A stretch of 64,000 bases of DNA from an uncultured bacterium (lineage in GTDB: Bacteria > Patescibacteriota > Patescibacteriia > Patescibacteriales > UBA12465): NCBI GenBank assembly GCA_938003925.1, contig CALKWQ010000047.1:1048-65047 (forward strand), given 5' to 3'. Shown here piece after piece: positions 16,247-22,864 of this stretch; position 1 is the first letter of the stretch; every line of letters starts with the position of its first letter. The position numbers and the translations under genes are program-made. The notes beneath the pieces are model-generated. The model saw only the letters and a list, made by a program, of their open reading frames with translations. It had not been told where the DNA came from and did not search any database.

Positions 16247-17017
16247 CTAACCTTTTCTAGGATCTTGGCCCTTAAAATTAAAACTATCTTCAATGGGTTC
16301 TGATAATGCGAGCCCTTTCATAATCTCCTTTACTTCATTAATCCCGGCTTCGTTGGAACCCGGCTGACTAGAAATATATTCTAGTAATTTTTTAGAAATC
16401 CCATCAATTATTTCTCTTGCTGCGATTTGCGATGCATCAATCTTCAGGGAATCAATTTTATCTGCAAGCTTCATGGCATACTGATTTTTAACTTCATCAA
16501 TTTCAGCTATAAACTTATCCTTGATTTCTTTAAAATCTTCTTCCTGCCTCTTAATAACTTTTTCAATATCCGCATTTCCACGATCTATAAATTTATCAAA
16601 ATCTTCTCTAGCACCTTTTATTTCACCGGATTTATAAATACCAAGACCAGTGGCAATTATAAGAAGTAAAACACCATAAACATTAATAAGAATGAACAAT
16701 ATATCCCAATACTTTTCTTTAAAATCTATTCCATCATTTTTTGTATTAACAGCCTCCAATAATTTTTCATTTGCTAATGATATATTTGATTGGTTAGAAA
16801 TCGTTAAATCTAACTGTTTTTTATAATCTTGTTGATTACTTTTTATTGAATTTATATCACTATTTAATGTTGTGTTTTCTTTAACAATTAAATCTATCTT
16901 TTTATTTAAATCATTAATAACTTTTTGATCATTATCAGGAGACGCAAAAACGCATGGAACATAAATAAATATCCCAATTAAAATTACTAAATATTTTATA
17001 CTTTTTATAGACATCAT
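16247..17017 (-). CDS. Membrane coiled-coil protein, 256 aa, co-transcribed with the DGQHR gene
   Basis: N-terminal signal/TM segment (LVILIGIFIYVPCVFA), a central TM segment (WDILFILINVYGVLLLIIATGLGIY), and heptad-like charged segments on both sides. A 6-nt gap separates it from the DGQHR start. No family recognised. Confidence 0.6.
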   Translation of the reverse strand: MMSIKSIKYLVILIGIFIYVPCVFASPDNDQKVINDLNKKIDLIVKENTTLNSDINSIKSNQQDYKKQLDLTISNQSNISLANEKLLEAVNTKNDGIDFKEKYWDILFILINVYGVLLLIIATGLGIYKSGEIKGAREDFDKFIDRGNADIEKVIKRQEEDFKEIKDKFIAEIDEVKNQYAMKLADKIDSLKIDASQIAAREIIDGISKKLLEYISSQPGSNEAGINEVKEIMKGLALSEPIEDSFNFKGQDPRKG

Positions 17018-17112
17018 TACTAACTAATTATTTTTCTAGATTTTATGCCTATTTCATAAAAATAACAAGTCTTTGAAAACTTTAAATATTTAATTTATTA
17101 ATAGCTAAAAAA

Positions 17113-18030
17113 TTATAATATTTTACCTAAAACACCTTTTTCAATCATATCAAGACTAAAAATATAATCATTATGATTAAATGTTTCTCTAAGTGGACGA
17201 GATGTGCCGACCCAACCCCTACCATCAGTAACCCAAACGAATTTATATTTACCATCCAAAACATTAAATAAATCTCTATATTCTCCTGCTGTCGATTTTA
17301 ATTTAGATCCGCCACCACCATAAAAATTTGTTTCAAAAATTATTATATCTTTACCGGTATTCACAACATAGTCGTAACGGCGAGAAGATTTGTCTACTGG
17401 AACATCAAACCCCCATTCCACTTTTATTTTTTCCGCAGTCGCCTCTTTCAAATATTTGAATCCCCTGGTTTTACAAATATCAGCAATAAAGAAACCAACG
17501 ATATCTTCCATTGAATGACCACTTCTATTCTTACGACCATTACTATCCAAACCAGCTTCTACGCCAATCATATAATCAACAAGATTTTTTATTTTTTGAG
17601 ACATTATCAGATCCTTAAGTCCCGTTTCTTTAACAAAAAGAAGGTATTTTTCAATATCTTTGTCCGAGGTCAATGGTTTAGAAAAATCGTAATCTTCGTA
17701 AACCAATTTTTTCTTTTTATAATCAACTAGAATTTTAAATTTATTTGTATTACTGCCATCCCTAACAACTAAAGCTGGAATAACTTTAATAATTTCGGGG
17801 TTTTGTTTAACTAAATACTTAAATTCTTTATCAAAATCTTTTTTGCCAATTAAATAGTTTAAATTATTTAAGGCGATTTCAATTTTTTTGGTGTTAGCAA
17901 AAACCTTTTCCCAATTTACAAAATATGACCAAAGCATATTACTTGGTTTAAGATTTTTTATTAGATAATCAAAAACTTGATCATCACTTTCACACCCAAG
18001 TACTTCCTTATAAAAATTAATAAATTTCAT
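17113..18030 (-). CDS. Type II restriction endonuclease, DpnII/MboI family (GATC-specific family), 305 aa
   Basis: NLVDYMIGVEAGLDSNGRKNRSGHSMEDIV and FETNFYGGGGSKLKSTAGEY closely parallel the R.DpnII sequence as I remember it (NLVDYVTGVEVGMDTNGRKNRTGDAMENIV; EVNFYSGSGSKLNETARSY). It is the last gene of an operon with Dam-type and DpnA-type methyltransferases. Confidence 0.8.
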   Translation of the reverse strand: MKFINFYKEVLGCESDDQVFDYLIKNLKPSNMLWSYFVNWEKVFANTKKIEIALNNLNYLIGKKDFDKEFKYLVKQNPEIIKVIPALVVRDGSNTNKFKILVDYKKKKLVYEDYDFSKPLTSDKDIEKYLLFVKETGLKDLIMSQKIKNLVDYMIGVEAGLDSNGRKNRSGHSMEDIVGFFIADICKTRGFKYLKEATAEKIKVEWGFDVPVDKSSRRYDYVVNTGKDIIIFETNFYGGGGSKLKSTAGEYRDLFNVLDGKYKFVWVTDGRGWVGTSRPLRETFNHNDYIFSLDMIEKGVLGKIL

Positions 18031-18033
18031 ATA

Positions 18034-18798
18034 TTATTTAATTATATATCTCCCTGATTTTACAAATTTAATACTGTTATAGTCGTTGATATCTTTAAAA
18101 ATAAATTGCCAAATAGAGTAAACTCCTGTTTTATCATTTTTTTCAAAAAACAATGTTATAACTTTCTTTTTTGTTATTGATTGCCATTGTCTGAATGGAT
18201 AATACAATTGTCTTATAATAGTATCTTTAGTTTTCTTATTTTTAGCTTCTATTAATACTAGCTGCTTTTCCCCTTCATAGCCAGCATCGACTTCTGTTTG
18301 CACGCTATTAACACTTATTTTTTGTTTTCCCACAAAAAAACTAAATTCCGGAGTAAATTTTCTCCCTCTTATTGTTAAAACTAATGATTTATCATCAATA
18401 AAAGTTCTAATCAAACTAGAGGCATAGGCAAAATCCAAGTGCTGCATTTCAGAATTTCCTACCTTAGAAGAATCCAAAGAAAAATTCAATTTGGTATCAT
18501 ATTCTTTTATTTCTGATGTAATTTCAGGAATATCAATATAGCCCTCGCCTTTTATTATATTATAAAAACCATTTTTTACTGGCAAAATAAACAAATTATT
18601 TGAAATAAAAATATCGGGGCGGCTCTTTCGGCTATCCTGTTTACACAATATTCGTACTTCTTTCTCTGTGGTCTTTTTAAATTTTTGGCAAGATTCCTTT
18701 ATTTGATCAGCCGATAAACAAAAAGGTGATTTATTAAAATCGTGTTTTAATATTTTATAATCTTTAAATATTTGTTCCCAGGATAAATTTTTAGCCAT
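18034..18798 (-). CDS. Uncharacterised protein with a PD-(D/E)xK-like motif, 254 aa, inserted between the methyltransferase and the DpnII-type endonuclease
   Basis: ...SVQTEVDAGYEGEKQLVLIEAKNKK has D-x14-E-A-K spacing, typical of PD-(D/E)xK nucleases. The gene has 3-5 nt gaps to both neighbours. No family recognised. Confidence 0.45.
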   Translation of the reverse strand: MAKNLSWEQIFKDYKILKHDFNKSPFCLSADQIKESCQKFKKTTEKEVRILCKQDSRKSRPDIFISNNLFILPVKNGFYNIIKGEGYIDIPEITSEIKEYDTKLNFSLDSSKVGNSEMQHLDFAYASSLIRTFIDDKSLVLTIRGRKFTPEFSFFVGKQKISVNSVQTEVDAGYEGEKQLVLIEAKNKKTKDTIIRQLYYPFRQWQSITKKKVITLFFEKNDKTGVYSIWQFIFKDINDYNSIKFVKSGRYIIK

Positions 18799-18803
18799 AT
18801 TTT

Positions 18804-19583
18804 TTACGCTAACGCATTTAATCTCTGCAGAGAAAGATCTAAATAGTTTTTATCAGAATCAATTCCGACAAATTTTCTTTTATATAAATTAGCGGCCACA
18901 CCAGTAGTTGAACTGCCAGCGAAAGGATCGAGAATAATATCACCCTCTTTAGTACTAGATAGTATTATTCTTTTAAGTAAATCTAATGGCTTTTGGGTTG
19001 GGTGTTTGCCAAATTGTTTTTCTTCTTTCTTAGGTGTACCCATAGACCAAACCGAGCGCATCTGTAAATATGGTTTCTTAAATTCATCTTCTGACCAATC
19101 ACCATTTTTAATGTCTTGATAATTAAAAGTGTGTTTGGCCTTCTTCTCTTTCCTCGCCCAAATTAAAGTTTCATGACTAGCAGTAAAAAAACGACAACTT
19201 AAATTAGGGGCGGCGTTAGGTTTAAACCAAGAAATGTCATTTAAAATATGATATTTGGTGTTTTGCAATATAAAACCACACTGATATATGGAATGATAAG
19301 TGCCGCTTATCCAAATGGTGCCGTGGGGTTTTAATACTCTACGACATTCTTTAATCCAGTCAAGATGAAAATTAAAATCTTTTTGGAAGCCGTTACTTAA
19401 ATCCCAATCGCCCTTTTTAACACTTACCATTTTCCCGTTTTGGCAACTAAAACTACCGCTCGACAAAAAGTATGGCGGGTCGGCAAAAATCATATCAAAG
19501 TAATTTTCTGGGAATCTTTTCAATTCTTCTAAACAATCACCATGATATAAAGCAAAGTTTTTTTGCTTTTTATACAAACACAT
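18804..19583 (-). CDS. DNA methyltransferase, beta class (DpnA-like N6-adenine/N4-cytosine), 259 aa
   Basis: The catalytic motif IFADPPYF is near the N-terminus and the AdoMet motif DPFAGSSTTGVAA near the C-terminus. This is the circularly permuted beta order, as in M2.DpnII (DpnA). Confidence 0.85.
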   Translation of the reverse strand: MCLYKKQKNFALYHGDCLEELKRFPENYFDMIFADPPYFLSSGSFSCQNGKMVSVKKGDWDLSNGFQKDFNFHLDWIKECRRVLKPHGTIWISGTYHSIYQCGFILQNTKYHILNDISWFKPNAAPNLSCRFFTASHETLIWARKEKKAKHTFNYQDIKNGDWSEDEFKKPYLQMRSVWSMGTPKKEEKQFGKHPTQKPLDLLKRIILSSTKEGDIILDPFAGSSTTGVAANLYKRKFVGIDSDKNYLDLSLQRLNALA

Positions 19584-19586
19584 ATT

Positions 19587-20423
19587 TTATTTATAATTTC
19601 TTACTACAACCTCAGAAACATCGCCTCTTTTTTCCGCCATACAATTAATGAAACGCTTAGCACTAACCTTGGTTATGTTCCATTCTTTATATAGTTTTCT
19701 AATATAAGGAGTATCTGAATTGCTTAACATAAGTATACACCCTCGGGCATCAAGTTTCTTAAAAGTTTCTTTCAATTTTTCCTGTTCTTTTTCTAAAAAG
19801 TTTTCCTTTGTGTAGGTGGTAAAATTTGAGCCAGTATTTAACGGATAGTATGGGGGATCAAAATAAACAAAGTCCCCTTTCTTGGCATTTTGTAATACCT
19901 GTGTAAAATCGGTGTGTTCTATTTTAGTTTTTTTTAATATTTTGCTAGCCGACAATATTCCTTCTTCATTAACCAAAAACTTCTTATGCTGCCCAAACGG
20001 AACATTGAATTCACCTTTACTATTAACCCTATATAAACCATTAAAACAAGTTTTATTAAGATAGATTAAATGAGCCGCCTTATTTATTTTGTCTAGTTTA
20101 TCTGCGTTATATTCTTCTCTAATCTTCAAATAAAACTCTTTACTATGCTTCTTTTCGTATTTCCTCAATAAAGTAATTAACTCCTTTGGATGACTTTTTA
20201 TAATCTTATAAGTTTCAATTAGGTCTTTATTTAAATCAGAGATAATAGCTTCTTTTGGTTCTAAATAAAAAAAGACAGCCCCTCCGCCGATAAACGGTTC
20301 GATATATCTTTTGTAAGTTCCTTCTCTTGGAAATAATGGTTTAAATTGTTCTAATAATTGGGATTTACCACCGGCCCATTTCAAAAATGGCTCGACTCTT
20401 TTCTTTTGTTTATCTAAAATCAT
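19587..20423 (-). CDS. Dam-family N6-adenine DNA methyltransferase (DpnM-like, GATC family), 278 aa
   Basis: FLKWAGGKSQLLEQF, EPFIGGGAVFF and YFDPPYYP are Dam/DpnM hallmark motifs. It is the first gene of the R-M operon. Confidence 0.9.
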   Translation of the reverse strand: MILDKQKKRVEPFLKWAGGKSQLLEQFKPLFPREGTYKRYIEPFIGGGAVFFYLEPKEAIISDLNKDLIETYKIIKSHPKELITLLRKYEKKHSKEFYLKIREEYNADKLDKINKAAHLIYLNKTCFNGLYRVNSKGEFNVPFGQHKKFLVNEEGILSASKILKKTKIEHTDFTQVLQNAKKGDFVYFDPPYYPLNTGSNFTTYTKENFLEKEQEKLKETFKKLDARGCILMLSNSDTPYIRKLYKEWNITKVSAKRFINCMAEKRGDVSEVVVRNYK

Positions 20424-20455
20424 AATTTATGAAAAATTGCTCAAATTATATACAT

Positions 20456-20484
20456 ATTATAGCTTAATAAAAATATATTTGAAA
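20456..20484 (-). promoter_or_regulatory. Candidate promoter of the R-M operon
   Basis: Minus strand reads TTTCAA (20484-20479), a 17-nt spacer, then TATAAT (20461-20456), about 30 nt upstream of the Dam start. Confidence 0.4.
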
Positions 20485-20500
20485 CCACTTTTTTAACCAA

Positions 20501-20688
20501 GTAAAAGCTGATTCTCGGATTCGAACCAAAAATCCCCTTTATTTACAGGCCTTTCCGCTTATTTGACTTAAACAAAAGAACTCAGCGCAAACTGAGTTCT
20601 TCTGATTTTTTGGTAATATTAGACCTCTCCTGTCGGTCTTAAACACCAAAATGTTGTTGGCTCTCGCAGTGATATTCGAACCTGAGTC
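20501..20688 (-). repeat. Direct repeat copy A of the tRNA-3'-flank module (includes a degenerate tRNA 3' end)
   Basis: 20536-20663 aligns without gaps to 22010-22137, with about 6 mismatches in 128 positions by eye. On the minus strand it starts with GGTTCGAATATCACTGCGAGAGCCA, compared with the real tRNA end GGTTCGAATCCCACCCTGGGAGCCA. It contains the terminator hairpin AGAACTCAG-N6-CTGAGTTCT. Confidence 0.85.
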
Positions 20689-20729
20689 GGTCTTAAAACA
20701 CGATTATCCTCTGCTGTATTTAATATTAG

Positions 20730-21374
20730 CTAAAAATCTATTACTTGTCTTAAAACTTTTAACAACGAGTTGAATAAAATTTCATGTCCAGATTCGTTAG
20801 GATGCAACCCATCTTCGCAGAACAATCTCTTATAGTCATTATCCATAAAAGCCGAATTAACATCGATAAGATAAATGCTTTTGTTATCAGCTATTTTCTT
20901 AATTCTTTCATTATACTTGTTTACATACTCATTAAGTCTAGACTTATCTTTGTTAATAGGATGAGCGGTCAATTCTTCATCAACAGGAGCAATATTTAGA
21001 ATAAATATTTTATTACCAAATTTTTTAGCCTGATCTATTGTATTCACCAAATTATTTTCAAAATTATCAACTTCAACTCGAAATTTATTTTGGCTTGGAA
21101 TAATAGCCGAATCATTTGCTCCATAAGCAAAGATAAAAATATTTTCTTCTTGCTTCTCTTCTCTAATTCTCGCTTTGATTTCCGGTAGAAAACGATTGAC
21201 CAAACCTTCAGTTGTTTCGCCTGGAATCCCTAAATTATATGTTAAAAAATAAAGACTATCATCTTCCTCTTGTTTTTTATCTAAATATATTCTTAATTTT
21301 TGTGCCCACCCAGAAGAGTCCACGTCCCAAGCACCATATGTTATGCTATCTCCAAAACAAAATATTTGCGCCAT
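20730..21374 (-). CDS. SGNH/GDSL-family hydrolase, 214 aa
   Basis: Block I is FCFGDSITYG, block III is YGANDS, and block V is DGLHPN. The track ORF is extended upstream; ATG at 21374 (MAQIFCFGDS) fits the family and abuts the upstream gene. Confidence 0.8.
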   Translation of the reverse strand: MAQIFCFGDSITYGAWDVDSSGWAQKLRIYLDKKQEEDDSLYFLTYNLGIPGETTEGLVNRFLPEIKARIREEKQEENIFIFAYGANDSAIIPSQNKFRVEVDNFENNLVNTIDQAKKFGNKIFILNIAPVDEELTAHPINKDKSRLNEYVNKYNERIKKIADNKSIYLIDVNSAFMDNDYKRLFCEDGLHPNESGHEILFNSLLKVLRQVIDF

Positions 21375-21378
21375 ATAA

Positions 21379-21924
21379 TTAGTTAAATATATAATCCCAT
21401 CCTGGCTGCCAGGCTTTTTTCTTTCGCCAATCTTCAACAAAAGCTTGTTCCCATGTCTTGCCCCTTAATAACACATCAAGAGCTAACTGAGGAGCCTTGT
21501 GAGCGACGATGGCCACGGACTTATCGTCATAGTTTTCTTTCAAAAAATTAAGGAAATCGTTTATTCTTATTTTTACATCTTCATAAGATTCTCCCTCTAA
21601 AAATCTATCTGTAATCATCTTCTCTTGCATCGGTTCAACAATATCAGAAGACTGGCCGTTATACTGACCGTAATTGCATTCCCTCAATCTTTTATCCTGA
21701 ATTATTTTTACTTTGCCATTAAACGTAAGTTCGGCAGATTTTACGGCTCTTTTTAAATCAGAACAAAAAACCACATCAAAATGTTTGTCTTTAATCTGAT
21801 CAATTAAATCAATTGATTGTTTAATCCCTAAATCAGAAAGTTCTACATCTAACCAACCAGAAGAGATATTCTTTTCATTATCGGTTGTCGTCCCGTGGAC
21901 GAAATAAGTTATTTTTATGCTCAT
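21379..21924 (-). CDS. Histidine phosphatase (phosphoglycerate-mutase-like) family protein, 181 aa
   Basis: The N-terminal ITYFVHGTTTDN lies at the position of the RHG motif, with Arg replaced by Val. DLGIKQ, CSDLKRAVKSAE and VAIVAHKAPQ fit the family layout. Confidence 0.6.
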   Translation of the reverse strand: MSIKITYFVHGTTTDNEKNISSGWLDVELSDLGIKQSIDLIDQIKDKHFDVVFCSDLKRAVKSAELTFNGKVKIIQDKRLRECNYGQYNGQSSDIVEPMQEKMITDRFLEGESYEDVKIRINDFLNFLKENYDDKSVAIVAHKAPQLALDVLLRGKTWEQAFVEDWRKKKAWQPGWDYIFN

Positions 21925-21975
21925 ATTATTTAATTAAGCTAATTATATAATAGCTTAATAATATATAAATTAAAA

Positions 21976-22162
21976 GTAAAACTGGCAGTGGGATTAGAAC
22001 CACAAATATCCTTTATTTATAGGCATTTCCGCTTATTTGACTTAAACAAAAGAACTCAGTACAAACTGAGTTCTTTCGATTTTTTGGTAATATTAGACCT
22101 CTCCTGTCGGTCTTAAACACCAAAATGTTGTTGGCTCCCAGGGTGGGATTCGAACCCACGAC
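21976..22162 (-). repeat. Direct repeat copy B of the tRNA-3'-flank module (contains the genuine tRNA 3' exon end)
   Basis: See copy A. The portion at 22132-22162 is the T-arm and acceptor 3' strand of the tRNA. The rest is the tRNA downstream region, with the hairpin AGAACTCAG-N6-CTGAGTTCT and a second T-arm-like box GTGGTTCTAATCCCAC (minus, ~21986-22001). Confidence 0.85.
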
Positions 22163-22172
22163 CAATTGGTTA

Positions 22173-22722
22173 CACTTACCCACTAATTTCTTAATGGTGT
22201 GGACTATATCATCATCCAAAATGGATGCAAGGCGCTTCGGGCCGTCTAACTAGACAGACCTACTCCCTTTCGGGATAGTCTCTGAACCTTACCTGAATAC
22301 ACAGGTCTTGGCTGCTGATTACCTTAGCCTCTCGGCCTTAGGCTTCCAGACAGTTCACCTTGTTTTCATTCCTCAATTACTTGAGGAAGCTGCGTGTTGC
22401 TTTCATGCGCCTCACGATGACAGTTTGCACATAACAATAGACACTTATCTAACTCTCTTCTTATGACTGCCCAGCTCCTGGTATAACCTTTTGCAGAGAT
22501 ACCAAAATCTTTTTTGTCAGATTCCAAATGATGGAATTCTAGAGCCTTCAAACATCTATTGTAACCGCAAACGGAACATTTGCCACCTTTGTATTCAAGA
22601 GCCAATTGACGTAGGCGCTTACGCCTCCGATCAACTGCTAACTTCAAATACTGGGCGCGATCAGCATATTTTCTCTTATCCTTTGTCATAATTACTATGA
22701 TAGCAAAAGATAAAGTGTGTTC
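22173..22722 (-). mobile_element. Group I intron in the tRNA anticodon loop, carrying an HNH endonuclease ORF
   Basis: The classical conserved group I elements are readable on the minus strand. Q-like AATCAGCAGCC is at 22320-22310, R GGTTCAGAGACTAT at 22288-22275, and S GATGATATAGTCC ends at 22201. GACTA/TATAGTC can form P7. GNRA-capped hairpins GGCC-GAGA-GGCT and CCC-GAAA-GGG are present. A G precedes the 3' exon. The exact splice sites are inferred. Confidence 0.8.
22366..22689 (-). CDS. HNH homing-endonuclease-like protein, 107 aa (intron-encoded)
   Basis: CSVCGY...LEFHHLESDKKDFGIS...LLLCANCHREAHE is a His-Me finger with CxxC...CxxC zinc ligands. It lies entirely inside the intron and starts ~33 nt after the 5' splice site. 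Confidence 0.8.
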   Translation of the reverse strand: MTKDKRKYADRAQYLKLAVDRRRKRLRQLALEYKGGKCSVCGYNRCLKALEFHHLESDKKDFGISAKGYTRSWAVIRRELDKCLLLCANCHREAHESNTQLPQVIEE

Positions 22723-22864
22723 ACAGCCAACTGCGCTACCGCTGCGCTACCTGGGAATATTAAATTGTTACCAAACAAAAAATGTTGCATTCAACATTTC
22801 CCCTTTATTTTAGGAGAAATCAAGGCCTAAGTCAATAGGCTATTTTCAGCTTAAATTAAGAAAA

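Larger units (their letters stand above)
22132..22756 (-). tRNA. Intron-containing tRNA gene with encoded CCA; most likely tRNA-Asn(GTT) after splicing (tRNA-Thr(TGT) is the alternative)
   Basis: The 5' exon is TCCCAGG-TA-GCGC-AGCGGTA-GCGC-A-GTTGG-CTGT... The 3' exon is ...TAA-CCAAT-TGGTC-GTGGG-TTCGAAT-CCCAC-CCTGGGA-G-CCA. All four stems pair. The exons are separated by ~550 nt within the anticodon loop. Splicing after U (CTGT|) and after G (...GTG|TAA) gives the loop CTGTTAA and discriminator G, as in E. coli tRNA-Asn. Confidence 0.8.

Noticed and set aside
22013-22219. 68-aa ORF in the supplied track
   Set aside because: It starts at TTG and is translated across the tRNA 3' exon, the intron S element and the tRNA-flank repeat, so it is an RNA/repeat region and not a gene. 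The 60-aa ORF at 3534..3716 over the R5 remnant and promoter is rejected for the same reason.
22310-22320. AGCAGCCAAG as the internal guide sequence pairing with the anticodon-stem/5' splice site (UUGGCUGU)
   Set aside because: The complementarity is striking: 8 bp ending in a U-G wobble. But the element lies after the ORF and matches the canonical Q (P4') consensus in position and sequence. I cannot resolve P1 without a proper fold, so it is left unassigned.
22132-22756. Reading the tRNA as tRNA-His(GTG) with an intron 3' of the anticodon loop
   Set aside because: The 5' exon read straight through gives CTGTGAA. However, there is no encoded G-1, and the discriminator is G rather than the C expected for bacterial tRNA-His. 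Group I splice-site rules (U at the 5' exon end, G at the intron end) do not allow that junction. Asn(GTT) fits better.
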